The notes beneath the pieces were generated by a model. That model searched no databases and had not been told where the DNA came from. It saw only the letters and a program-made list of their open reading frames with translations. From assembly GCA_002774875.1 (NCBI GenBank), contig PCYM01000001.1:182153-246152 (forward strand): a DNA stretch of 64,000 nucleotides, written 5' to 3'. Both the position numbers and the translations under genes were made by a program. Positions 29,248 through 38,864 of the stretch are shown here, one piece after another; within the stretch, counting starts at the first letter, position 1; every line of letters begins with the position of its first letter. Source of the DNA: Candidatus Uhrbacteria bacterium CG10_big_fil_rev_8_21_14_0_10_50_16. Its GTDB lineage: Bacteria; Patescibacteriota; Patescibacteriia; UBA9934; UBA11717.

Positions 29248-30117
29248 ATGAAGAATTTCACACCCCCGCAGTTGGACATGTTCCGGGAGGCCGTCGAGTT
29301 GGAGGCTTCCGCCCTCAACCTAAGTCGAGAGCAGCTTCAAGGAGTCCTGGGCAGCAGGAGGCTCCGCGGCATGCTGCGAGACCTTCTGGTGGAGCTCGGA
29401 CAGGAGTATCCGCCAAACGCGGACGAGGCTCGCGTGCGTCTGTGGGACCATTTCCTGGGAGTCGCCGAGGCCCGCAAGGCGTTCGGAGTCCTGATCTCGG
29501 ACAGCATGATCCGGGAACTGGGCGATGTGCCGGACGACCTGTTGGGCCGTATCATGGCGAGCCACGGCCCTGGCGAGAAGGAGTATCTCCGGCTCTTCCT
29601 GGATCCGGGACTGTCCGTCGCGACCATGATTCGCTCGCAGGGAGTCCAGTACAAGGGGAGCTACGACGACTCCATGCTCTCCAGCTTCAACCAGCCGTGC
29701 TGGCGACTTGTGGATGTTCGCCACTTGTACAACCAGAGTGCCCGGCGGATCCTGACCATGGAGCTGATGAGCTTGCTCTCCAAGGGCATCAGCCAGACGG
29801 GTGAGTTGGAGCAACTCCAGCTCGGCCGTAAGGACACCGCTGGTCACACGGTCTACATGTCCTCGCGACAGAAGGTTCAGTACCACAAGCTGCAAATCAT
29901 CGGGTCGGCTCGGCCGAGCCAGGTGATGACCATCACGGTCCCCCTGATCCGTCCGTCGACTCAGAAATACCGGCACGCAACGCCGGAAGAGATCCGATCT
30001 GCCTACAGCAGAGAGATTGCGCTGGAAAGCGTTATGCTGCCTGACGGGAGGTGGTTCTTGTCCACCAGGATCGACAGAGTCGTTGTCCTGGTGAGCGAGA
30101 TCACCTGGATCAAGTAG
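29248..30117 (+). CDS. GC-rich orphan hypothetical protein
   Basis: SD GGAG, TTGACA promoter at 29086, terminator at 30139-30168; strong C/G third-position bias. Confidence 0.75.
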   Translation: MKNFTPPQLDMFREAVELEASALNLSREQLQGVLGSRRLRGMLRDLLVELGQEYPPNADEARVRLWDHFLGVAEARKAFGVLISDSMIRELGDVPDDLLGRIMASHGPGEKEYLRLFLDPGLSVATMIRSQGVQYKGSYDDSMLSSFNQPCWRLVDVRHLYNQSARRILTMELMSLLSKGISQTGELEQLQLGRKDTAGHTVYMSSRQKVQYHKLQIIGSARPSQVMTITVPLIRPSTQKYRHATPEEIRSAYSREIALESVMLPDGRWFLSTRIDRVVVLVSEITWIK

Positions 30118-30138
30118 CCCAGCGCCTAGCACCCACAA

Positions 30139-30168
30139 GGGGGCGTCCGCAATCCTGCGGACGCCCCC
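30139..30168 (+). terminator. Intrinsic terminator
   Basis: GGGGGCGTCCGCA-atcc-TGCGGACGCCCCC. Confidence 0.8.
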
Positions 30169-30238
30169 TCTCACTTTATCTACCCTCTATTGACGTCCTG
30201 TCTCTTTTCTTGTATCCTCTCGTTGCGTTTCAATTCAC

Positions 30239-30313
30239 GGCCCCATCGTCTAACGGTTAGGACAGCAGGTTCTCATCCTGCAAATCCGGGTTCGATTCCC
30301 GGTGGGGTCACCA
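30239..30313 (+). tRNA. tRNA-Glu (CTC)
   Basis: GGCCCCA acceptor, GCAGG-TTCTCAT-CCTGC anticodon arm, GGTTCGATTCC, CCA end. Confidence 0.96.
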
Positions 30314-30371
30314 ACAAAAAATCCGAGCTCGTCTCGGGTTTTTTGTTGGTACCTCCCGCGGAAATTGGACA

Positions 30372-30414
30372 AGGGGCACTGGGAAGGGAGAAATTCTCCC
30401 TTCCCAGTGCCCCT
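30372..30414. repeat. Perfect inverted repeat with 21-bp arms
   Basis: AGGGGCACTGGGAAGGGAGAA-a-TTCTCCCTTCCCAGTGCCCCT. Confidence 0.9.
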
Positions 30415-30522
30415 ATTATGAGGTTTAAAATGCGATCGACACCACGCATACACTCATATCTTATTCTAAATTAACAACACGGTGGGGTCCGGAGACCCCA
30501 CCGCTATCAGGAGTGGGTGCGT

Positions 30523-31008
30523 TCAGCCGCCGCCGCACCGACACGAGCTACGCTGACCGTGATCGCTGTTGCAGCAACCCTGCGCGTGACCCCAGTCGCG
30601 TTCACCATCCTCGGGCCAGATCTCGGTGTCGAGATCGGCGTACAGGCCGCACAGGTACTCACGGGTGCGCGCGTAGGTTCCCGGCTCCATCGATCCCGGC
30701 AGATCGCACGGGTCGTGGTGAAGGTAATCCACGCCCATGGACTGACAGAAGTCGGTGTACGGCTTGCTGTAGAGCAGGAACGTGTGCCACGCCTCATCGG
30801 CTAGATGTGACGGAGCAAGACGACGACCTTCCGGAACTGCGCAAGCGCGCAGGAACTGGATGGCGCCATCAAAGGCTCGACGGGCCACATCCTCGTCGAT
30901 ACTCATATTCTTGACCATGCGAGCTATCACGCGGTCACGAATGGATGAGTCGAGGTTGTAGTCGGGGAGTCGAATCTGAGACTCGACCAAACAAAGGGCG
31001 GCAGACAT
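30523..31008 (-). CDS. Glycine-rich-domain (GRDP/DUF1399-like) protein with Cys/Gly-rich tail
   Basis: PS..ADEAWHTFLLYSKPYTDFC......LHHDP motif; tail GCCNSDHGQRSSCRCGGG; SD GAGGT; hairpin at 30480-30503. Confidence 0.7.
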   Translation of the reverse strand: MSAALCLVESQIRLPDYNLDSSIRDRVIARMVKNMSIDEDVARRAFDGAIQFLRACAVPEGRRLAPSHLADEAWHTFLLYSKPYTDFCQSMGVDYLHHDPCDLPGSMEPGTYARTREYLCGLYADLDTEIWPEDGERDWGHAQGCCNSDHGQRSSCRCGGG

Positions 31009-31148
31009 AAGCACCTCAATCAATCGTCTCGAACGGCATGTCCGAGACGCTTACTCTACGTGCCTCACAGCCATGTTGTCAACATATCACTGGTCGGGTC
31101 TATAAAAATAGTGGCGCCCGCCCAGGAGGATCCCGGGCGGGCGTACGT

Positions 31149-31739
31149 TCACTTGATGTTCGGACAGACCTTGGGCAAATCGGAGAACTGCCAAGAGACT
31201 CCGAGATCCTGCAGATTCCGCAGTTCTTGTTCCATGCGGTTGCGAGTGTTGTTGAGACCGATTGCCATGGCCTGTATGAACCAGGTGCACACGTCGCTGA
31301 TCTCCTGCCAGGTCAACAGCTCGTACTTGGCGAGAACCGCAGACAGACGGCCGTCCTGCCCCTTGTCGAGTCTGCCACTGATGCCATCCACGGCAATCGT
31401 GTTCTGCATCACGTAGACGAGCAGACGGCCGGTCGAATCACTCCCCAGGCGACCCTGCCCGCCCGCGATCATGAGGTCCGCCACCTCCCGATACGAGCTC
31501 CACGCACCCTGGGAGGCTTGGAACATCTCGGCGATCTGCTGTAGTCCGCAGGTCAGCACCTTTGCGTTCTCCACGCGTTCTTCCCGACTCTCCCGTGCCT
31601 GAACCTTGGCCTCGTCTCGAACAGACTGATCCGACACGGACCCGGTGGCCCACGCATTCGTGCAGGACCCCGGTGCCAACAAGAGCACCAACACCACCAA
31701 CATGCAAAACCCCACGAACTTCAATTGCTTCTCCATCAT
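31149..31739 (-). CDS. GC-rich orphan exported protein
   Basis: Signal-like N-terminus; TTGACA-N17-TATAAA promoter at 31805-31777; terminator-like stem at 31115-31143. Confidence 0.7.
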   Translation of the reverse strand: MMEKQLKFVGFCMLVVLVLLLAPGSCTNAWATGSVSDQSVRDEAKVQARESREERVENAKVLTCGLQQIAEMFQASQGAWSSYREVADLMIAGGQGRLGSDSTGRLLVYVMQNTIAVDGISGRLDKGQDGRLSAVLAKYELLTWQEISDVCTWFIQAMAIGLNNTRNRMEQELRNLQDLGVSWQFSDLPKVCPNIK

Positions 31740-31815
31740 CTCTCCCGTCTCGCCATCTATTCGGCGGATCAACTTCTTTATAGTCAAAAAAAGACTCCGT
31801 GTCAATAGGCCGGGG

Positions 31816-32025
31816 CTAAACCGTCGTCGACCACCACAGGAGAAACGTGACCGTCTCCTCCACAGTGCCAAGCGTCAACAACAGCGTCTTCATCCGTCTT
31901 GTTCCCATACGGCGCCTCAACAAAGCCACCAACGTATTCCACTGCAGAAGATTTAGATCCAGGCCGGTCTGCCTCAGACGTGCGCATACATTTTTCTCAA
32001 CATCTTCCAACGAGAAATCATTCAT
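31816..32025 (-). CDS. Small orphan protein (69 aa)
   Basis: Strong SD GGAGGT upstream of the ATG. Confidence 0.5.
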   Translation of the reverse strand: MNDFSLEDVEKNVCARLRQTGLDLNLLQWNTLVALLRRRMGTRRMKTLLLTLGTVEETVTFLLWWSTTV

Positions 32026-32137
32026 CTATACCTCCAGGCGTTAGAGAGAAACCTGACATCTTAATACGTAATTTTCAGTTTCCGTCATGCGTCAATCAAA
32101 AACGACCCCACATACGCGAGGTCGTTAATTCCACCCA

Positions 32138-33805
32138 TCACACAGACAAAAACCGTTTTGCTTCTGCATGCCAGGACCGCTTAAGCGTTTTTTTCTTTTT
32201 GAGTAACTCTGCAAAAAATTCTCCTCCCATTACGCTTGGCACAATCACAAATGTTGCACCGTGCTTGTAGAGATATTCCGCATCCAGTGTATTGCGTGCG
32301 GTTACAATTACAATCGTCGTACCCCGTTGACGTTTCATGTAGGACAAAATCTCTTCGTTCACTTCCCTATCCGGAATGGTAGACACAAGGAGTTTTGCTT
32401 TGTGCGCTTGCAGTCCCACCAAAAGTTCCTCGTTAGAGACATCCCCATAAACCGCCTGAACAGGCCTATCCTGAAGCGCTTCAATTTGTTGTGGATCATA
32501 ATCCACTACCAACACATCCTTATGCACGCACAAGAGCGATGGCAAAATTGCCGCACCCATGTCCTGATACCCAAATAATAAAATGGCGGATGCACGAGAC
32601 CGGACACTCTCCAGTGGTGCGTATCCCGGTGCCATCCATTCAAACATCCATGCAAATAATTTGTAAACCGACTCTCCGTAAAGAATCAGGTAGGAGGAGA
32701 CGGCAATAGTGATCATCCCAACCATGGTGGCCATCGGGAGAATCTCCTCCGCAATTAAGCCAGCGGCAATTCCTGCGGCAAGAACAATAAAAGAAAATTC
32801 GCTCACCTGGGCCACCGTCGCACCCGTCATAAATCCTGCACGTGGGTGATAGCCAAACACACGCAACAAAGGAACGATAATTAAAGGCTTCCCTAACAAC
32901 ACAACGGTGCTAAACACAAGTGCTGGCACCCACATGGTTTGCAACGCCTCCAAAGAAAGGTTTGTCCCTAGAACGATAAAGAAAATGATAAGGAAAAAAT
33001 CGCGCAACGGCTTGATTTTAGATTCGATCTCTCGATGAAACCCGGTGCCAGCCAGCGAGATTCCTGCGAGCAACGCGCCAATCTCAATGCCAAATCCTAG
33101 AAAGAACAACACGCTTGTGACGGCAAAACACCAACCAACGGCCGTCAAAAACAAGAGTTCCTGCAAGCGCGCGGCATAACGAAACACGGCCGGCAATACA
33201 AAACGCGCCACCACCCACAAACTCACTAACACAACAACCGCCTTTACCAAAGAAATAGTAATTAACTCCGTTACATTTCCGTGATCTCGCAAGGCACCCA
33301 GTACAAGCAGTAAACCCATAGCAAGTAAATCCTGCACAATCAAAATTCCAATGCTTAATCGTCCGTGTAACCGTTCTAATTCCTCTTTGTCTGCGAGCAT
33401 TTTTACCACCACGATCGTACTAGAAAACGCAAATGCAGTACCCAAAAAGAGGCTCGTTGTCGCATTGAATCCAAGCAACATTCCCACACCGTAACCCAAT
33501 CCCGTCGTCAACACCGTTTGACCAAGACCAACAACGATCGCCGCGGAACCAATGTCCTTAATCTTTCGCCAATCTAAATTTAGACCGACCAAAAACAACA
33601 AAAACGCAATACCAACCTCCGAGAAGGCCCGCATGGTTTCCGTTTGATGCACAAACCCAAGAACACCTGGGCCAATAATCAACCCTGCCACCATGTAGGC
33701 AATCAATAATGGCTGTTTGATTTTAAATGCAAGTAATGCCAAACTACTCGCCGTTACAATCACGAAGGCAATTTGCAAGAAAATATTTTGTAGCAATAGG
33801 TCCAT
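32138..33805 (-). CDS. CPA2 family cation:proton antiporter (Kef-type) with TrkA-N domain
   Basis: FSSTIVVVK, GILIVQD, QVSEF; C-terminal Rossmann-like KTN domain. Confidence 0.93.
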   Translation of the reverse strand: MDLLLQNIFLQIAFVIVTASSLALLAFKIKQPLLIAYMVAGLIIGPGVLGFVHQTETMRAFSEVGIAFLLFLVGLNLDWRKIKDIGSAAIVVGLGQTVLTTGLGYGVGMLLGFNATTSLFLGTAFAFSSTIVVVKMLADKEELERLHGRLSIGILIVQDLLAMGLLLVLGALRDHGNVTELITISLVKAVVVLVSLWVVARFVLPAVFRYAARLQELLFLTAVGWCFAVTSVLFFLGFGIEIGALLAGISLAGTGFHREIESKIKPLRDFFLIIFFIVLGTNLSLEALQTMWVPALVFSTVVLLGKPLIIVPLLRVFGYHPRAGFMTGATVAQVSEFSFIVLAAGIAAGLIAEEILPMATMVGMITIAVSSYLILYGESVYKLFAWMFEWMAPGYAPLESVRSRASAILLFGYQDMGAAILPSLLCVHKDVLVVDYDPQQIEALQDRPVQAVYGDVSNEELLVGLQAHKAKLLVSTIPDREVNEEILSYMKRQRGTTIVIVTARNTLDAEYLYKHGATFVIVPSVMGGEFFAELLKKKKTLKRSWHAEAKRFLSV

Positions 33806-33806
33806 A

Positions 33807-35561
33807 CTAGGCAGCTCGTTGTGACTCTTCGGGTGCGTCCGCTTCTTTATTCGTCGTTGATTTTATCTCCGCCAAGAGTTGCGCAAGGTCTTCTTGTTCT
33901 TGAGCCGTTAACGGTTGTTCGTCTGGCTCGCGCAACGCACGGGATTCTTCCACGAGATGATCCATCTCTGCACGTTCTTCTCCTTCGATCTCCTTGGACA
34001 CCTCCAGCCCCGTTTCCTCCCCTAACTGACGCAACGCGTGCTGCGCCAAAACGCACACAAACTCTGCATCCTCGCGTGTATCCATGGTACGCAGGTTCTT
34101 GTTGAGCGTCTCTATGCGTGCGGAGAAATCAACCATCCTCTCTCCCTCATACCGTCGCCACAGCTCTTGTGCACGTAAGACGAGATTTGTTGCCTCTTGT
34201 TTTGTCTGTTGTTCGATCTCCTCCCGCCAGGATTCTTCCTCTTCTCGGCTCACATAGGCGCATCCCCCTTCTGCGAATAAATCCTCCAAACAATCCGAAA
34301 GACCTTCGGCAAACATCGTGAGATCCATTCCTCGCCCATCTGCATACGATTTCCATGCATTCACGCGCTCATTCTTCAGCGCATTTGCATATGGCAACAC
34401 CACATCCCACGCTAACTCGGCTAGCTTCAGCTCCGCAGGACTCAAAGGCTCACCCGTTTGCTGCGTGATAAATTCTTGAATTGATTCTCGATTCTCTGCA
34501 GAGAGATGAAACGTACCATTCATGATTTCGATAATCTTGTTCTGAATATCCAATTCTACCTTCTTTGGATCTCGGATAATCAATTTAAACCCTCTCGCAA
34601 GACACATGGCCAAGGAGTACATGTCTTCCAACGACTTCTCCATCGGAACGTCGATGTATTGTTCCGGAGCTGCAAAGAAAGGCGTTCCTGAATAACGTCC
34701 CGTAGGCCTTGGAACACCTGTCCGTTCTGAAATGCCAAAATCCACCGCACGTGCCCTGTGTGGTAATGCTGTATCCACGCGAATGTTTGCAGGTTTTATA
34801 TCGTGATGCGCCCAGCCAAGCTTACGCATATCGATCAACTGCCGCGCAACCGATTCAAACGCTAACGCCCCCATCGCACGCGCGTCATGAATCTCCATGA
34901 CGGACTCACCCGCCTCAATTGCCTCCCAAATGGTTTTCATGTCCTGCCCTGGAACATACCCCATAAGGAGAGCAAGTTTTCTCTCCCCACGCTTATCCTC
35001 CACACGTCGCACATCTTGGAGCGCGCCCATTTCGAGTGTTGCAGCAATTTCGTGCTCCATACGATCACGCGCCGAGCCAATTTTATCCGCATTTGTATCG
35101 AATCCCTCGTCAGGATGGTACTTTGCCACCTCTTCCGCATAAAAACGCGCGTTGCCCGCAGAGGGTTCATACATCGTTTTGATTACACCCAGTCGCCCCT
35201 GACTCCCCATCATGGCACGTTCCCAGCCTTTTTCTGGCATTTTTCGAACACGAAACACCTCGCCAAATACACCCGCACCCTCCCTCTTCTCAATCTTCCA
35301 TGGGCCAAACGTATCTGCGAGCGCCTGCTGCGCCTCCCTTGTAAACATACTCACATTGTCCACGTTTAAAATAGGAATTGCCTCTAACGCAACACCTCCG
35401 CCCTCCGCAGGATGTTTTGCACGATCAATCTCGTCTTCTTCTAACGCCGCCTCCTCCATTGGACGGGTAACATCAATGGACGATTCTAACTCTGCTCGCC
35501 GTTGTTGGCGCCGCGCATTGCGTTCCTCATCCCATCCAACATAATGTCCTCCAAAGTCCAT
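33807..35561 (-). CDS. Hanks-type Ser/Thr protein kinase (no TM segment)
   Basis: GAGVFGEV, VIK, HHDIKPANI, DFG, GTPFFAAPE, DMYSL. Confidence 0.88.
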   Translation of the reverse strand: MDFGGHYVGWDEERNARRQQRRAELESSIDVTRPMEEAALEEDEIDRAKHPAEGGGVALEAIPILNVDNVSMFTREAQQALADTFGPWKIEKREGAGVFGEVFRVRKMPEKGWERAMMGSQGRLGVIKTMYEPSAGNARFYAEEVAKYHPDEGFDTNADKIGSARDRMEHEIAATLEMGALQDVRRVEDKRGERKLALLMGYVPGQDMKTIWEAIEAGESVMEIHDARAMGALAFESVARQLIDMRKLGWAHHDIKPANIRVDTALPHRARAVDFGISERTGVPRPTGRYSGTPFFAAPEQYIDVPMEKSLEDMYSLAMCLARGFKLIIRDPKKVELDIQNKIIEIMNGTFHLSAENRESIQEFITQQTGEPLSPAELKLAELAWDVVLPYANALKNERVNAWKSYADGRGMDLTMFAEGLSDCLEDLFAEGGCAYVSREEEESWREEIEQQTKQEATNLVLRAQELWRRYEGERMVDFSARIETLNKNLRTMDTREDAEFVCVLAQHALRQLGEETGLEVSKEIEGEERAEMDHLVEESRALREPDEQPLTAQEQEDLAQLLAEIKSTTNKEADAPEESQRAA

Positions 35562-35562
35562 A

Positions 35563-36864
35563 TTAATTTGCAAGCCATTTTCCGTACTGACGCACAAGAA
35601 GCTCTGGTGCTCTCAACGGTTCTGCCATGAGTTCTTTGACAATCTTCTCTGTACGAATACCCTGCGATCCTTTAACAAGAATCGCGTCTCCACGTTTCAT
35701 CCGCTCCTGTAAAAATCGCCCCGCGTCCACCGAATTTGCATACGTGTAGACCTGCGTCTGTGCCATTCCCTGCTCCAACGCCGCACGTGCGGCATCGCGT
35801 GCATGTTCTCCCACCGTCACAAACAAATCAATCGGCAATGTTGCGACATGTTTACCAACATCTTTGTGCGCCTGTTCCGAGTAGCGTCCCAACTCCAACA
35901 TATCTCCCACAACCGCAATACGTTGTGCACCCGCATTAATAGGCACACCACACAACACTTCCAGCGCCGCATGCACCGCCTCCGGTGACGCATTATAGGT
36001 ATCATCAATTAACAACGTATGTTTAATACCTGGCAACAACCGCAATCGACCCGGCATAGGGATGTAGGACTGGACATTTTTTGCGATCGTTGAAGGAGAC
36101 AGTCCAAGCTGCAGAGCTACGGCTGCGCCTGCCAATACAGATCGTACGTGCGCGTCTCCAATCACGTTTTTCATTGTAACGGGCACGGAGTCTCGTCCCA
36201 TTCTGAGCGTAAACATTAACTGAGACATTGTGTCACCAACAAGCGTCTCACCATTTTGACGCATATCAACGCGAATATCCTCCGCCGTAATATCCGCCAT
36301 ACCTAATCCATACGTCACCACAGACCCCTTGGCGAGATGACTCATGCCTGACACATTTGCATCGTCTGCATTTAAAATCGCGATTCCATCCGCTGCCAAT
36401 CCGCGAATTAATGCGCTTTTTTCCTCTTTTACATCCTCGATCGTTCCAAAATATTCTGCGTGCGCCACACCAACAGCTGTTACAACTGCTATATAGGGAC
36501 GCGCCATCTGACAAAGGTATTGAATGTCTCCTCGTGCGTCCGCTCCAAATTCCAGCACAAGAATTTCTGGATAATCATGCGCGCCACCCTGAGAGCATCG
36601 CCATCCGCGCCACAACACACCCACCCAACCAAAGAATGAGCGGCCAGGTGACGTCTCGTTGAGGATAGTCAACGGCACACCAATCTCATTATTATAGTTT
36701 TCTACTGTCGCGCGCACGCGTCGTGAAGAACCAATGGCAGCAACAATCGCATGGCGTGTGGACGTCTTACCGACCGACCCGGTAATTGCAATAACTTTTG
36801 GTTTATACGCACGTAACGTTTTTTTGGCAAGGCGCGCAAGAACGCGCTGGAGGAGTTGTTTCAT
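35563..36864 (-). CDS. murF: UDP-MurNAc-tripeptide--D-Ala-D-Ala ligase
   Basis: ITGSVGKTS, NNEIGVP, DDTYNASP, GDMLELG, VKGS. Confidence 0.95.
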   Translation of the reverse strand: MKQLLQRVLARLAKKTLRAYKPKVIAITGSVGKTSTRHAIVAAIGSSRRVRATVENYNNEIGVPLTILNETSPGRSFFGWVGVLWRGWRCSQGGAHDYPEILVLEFGADARGDIQYLCQMARPYIAVVTAVGVAHAEYFGTIEDVKEEKSALIRGLAADGIAILNADDANVSGMSHLAKGSVVTYGLGMADITAEDIRVDMRQNGETLVGDTMSQLMFTLRMGRDSVPVTMKNVIGDAHVRSVLAGAAVALQLGLSPSTIAKNVQSYIPMPGRLRLLPGIKHTLLIDDTYNASPEAVHAALEVLCGVPINAGAQRIAVVGDMLELGRYSEQAHKDVGKHVATLPIDLFVTVGEHARDAARAALEQGMAQTQVYTYANSVDAGRFLQERMKRGDAILVKGSQGIRTEKIVKELMAEPLRAPELLVRQYGKWLAN

Positions 36865-36889
36865 ACAGGCAGGAATGCGGCTCTATAGG

Positions 36890-38707
36890 TTATCGTTCGG
36901 GGGAAATTTGCTTATAGTGTAGCAGAAAATCCGCGATCTCCCCAAACAAGGGAGCGGCGGTTCCGGCAGCCCATTCTGACGCACGTGGGTGATCTATTCG
37001 AATCAACATCACAAACCGTGGATCACGCGCTGGACCGTAGCCCACAAACGTTGCAATCGTATTGCCCGTTTGATATCCCGTACCACTATCGTTGGCCACC
37101 TGCGCCGTTCCTGTCTTTCCGGCAATGTAATATCCATCGACCTTTGCAAGCCCTGCATGTCCATTCTCAACTGTGGATACGAGCATCGCGGTAGTAAGTT
37201 GGGCGGTTTTTGGGGAGACAACTTGGCGAAGTTGCACAGGATCCGTCTTCTCAACGGTACCATCTTGATGTCGAACTTCCTTTACAAGGTAGGGTTGCAT
37301 CATCGCTCCCCCGTTGGCAAGTGCCGTATAAGCGCGTGCCATTTGCAGCGGTGTCACCGTCAATCCCTGACCGTAGGAACTCGTCGCAGAATAAATCTCA
37401 TGCCCTTTATCCACAGCACTAATCTCCCCTTGTACCTCACTGTTAAGCGAGATCCCAATAGTCTCGCCAAATCCAAAATCATGCACATAGCGCGCCAGAA
37501 CATCACCTCCCATTTTACGCATCACAAAAATCATCCCCGTATTGAGCGACTTCTCCAGCACTTCCGTCATGGTTTGGATACCGTTGGCCTTATGGTCTGA
37601 GTTGCGGATAGTATAGCGATCAATCTTCTCTTCTCCCGTGTCGTTATACGTCATGCTCGGTGTAACAGCGCCCGCATCCAATCCCGCCGCCATCACGAGC
37701 GGTTTAAACACGGAACCTGGTTCATATGCAGAAAAGATTGCCTGATTATTATAGACAGAAATTGATTCTACCTCGTTGTATACGTTGGGGTTATAGGTAG
37801 GCACACCGCACATAGCCCAAACAGCACCCGTTTTTGAATCCAAAATAATCAAAGATCCACTATCGGCCTCAAAGCGATCTACGTTCTCTTGCAATTTTGT
37901 ACAGGCCACATGCTGAATGGTGCGATCAAGTGTCAATACAAGATCCGCACCATTTTGTGCATCGTGAAGATTACGTGCGCCGATCCCAATCCAATTGCCT
38001 TTTGCATCCAGCTCTGAGAATAAAAATCCCGGCTGCCCTGCGAGCGTGTCATTAAAGTAACCCTCCAATCCATATTTTCCACTTACGGTTCCATTGGGGT
38101 CCTCACTCACAAAGCCCGTCACATGTGCCGTCGTTTCCTCCTCAGGATAAAAGCGAAATTGCTCACGCAATAAATGAATCCCCGTGAGATTTGCGCGCGT
38201 AATCTCGTCTCCCAATTCCTCGCTTACTCGACGTTTAATCGGCTCGTAGGGGTCGTCGGCTTTTTGTAATTGCGCAAGGACGTGATCGTATTCCGAAGGT
38301 AACGTAATGGTTTCTCCTTGATCATTCACAGATTCCTCTCCCTCACGAGACAATCCTAAAATGTCAGACAATACATCTGCGGTACGCACAGGGTCGTCGA
38401 CTTTACGAGGTTCTGCCCACACAAGATTTAAAAATTGATTCGTGGCAATCGCCACCTCTGTGCCATCTCGATCTTCTACAAGAATGGACCCGCGCTGTGG
38501 ATACAGGTCTTTATAGAGCTCCCGTTGCCCGCTCGCCAAGGCCTCATACACCCCGTGCTTGAGGATCTGTAAATACCCCAAACGGACAATAAGCATGGCG
38601 GCAACCAGAAAAAACGCGGCCTGCAAAAGACGCACACGAGAAGGCGTGGAGACGGATGCAGAGCGATTCCCGTAATACGCCCGTGTTTTTGGGGATTTTT
38701 GTGTCAT
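36890..38707 (-). CDS. ftsI: Class B penicillin-binding protein (FtsI/PBP2 family)
   Basis: RGSI, YEPGSVFK (SxxK), SLN (SxN), KTGT. Confidence 0.88.
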   Translation of the reverse strand: MTQKSPKTRAYYGNRSASVSTPSRVRLLQAAFFLVAAMLIVRLGYLQILKHGVYEALASGQRELYKDLYPQRGSILVEDRDGTEVAIATNQFLNLVWAEPRKVDDPVRTADVLSDILGLSREGEESVNDQGETITLPSEYDHVLAQLQKADDPYEPIKRRVSEELGDEITRANLTGIHLLREQFRFYPEEETTAHVTGFVSEDPNGTVSGKYGLEGYFNDTLAGQPGFLFSELDAKGNWIGIGARNLHDAQNGADLVLTLDRTIQHVACTKLQENVDRFEADSGSLIILDSKTGAVWAMCGVPTYNPNVYNEVESISVYNNQAIFSAYEPGSVFKPLVMAAGLDAGAVTPSMTYNDTGEEKIDRYTIRNSDHKANGIQTMTEVLEKSLNTGMIFVMRKMGGDVLARYVHDFGFGETIGISLNSEVQGEISAVDKGHEIYSATSSYGQGLTVTPLQMARAYTALANGGAMMQPYLVKEVRHQDGTVEKTDPVQLRQVVSPKTAQLTTAMLVSTVENGHAGLAKVDGYYIAGKTGTAQVANDSGTGYQTGNTIATFVGYGPARDPRFVMLIRIDHPRASEWAAGTAAPLFGEIADFLLHYKQISPER

Positions 38708-38864
38708 CTAGCACACAGTATACCACCTTGACAAAATCGCCATTTTCTGATAGGTTAGACCGTCACATTCCGTCTGAGGTTTGTGCAAAATTCACCAGAA
38801 ACATGCCTGTTTGAGGCTGTGCAACACATTTGATCTGCGCCTACGTGCGCGAGAGGAGGATGCG

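Noticed and set aside
28004-30174. Antisense ORFs 28004-28741 and 29320-30174
   Set aside because: Shadow ORFs of GC-rich genes with no initiation signals
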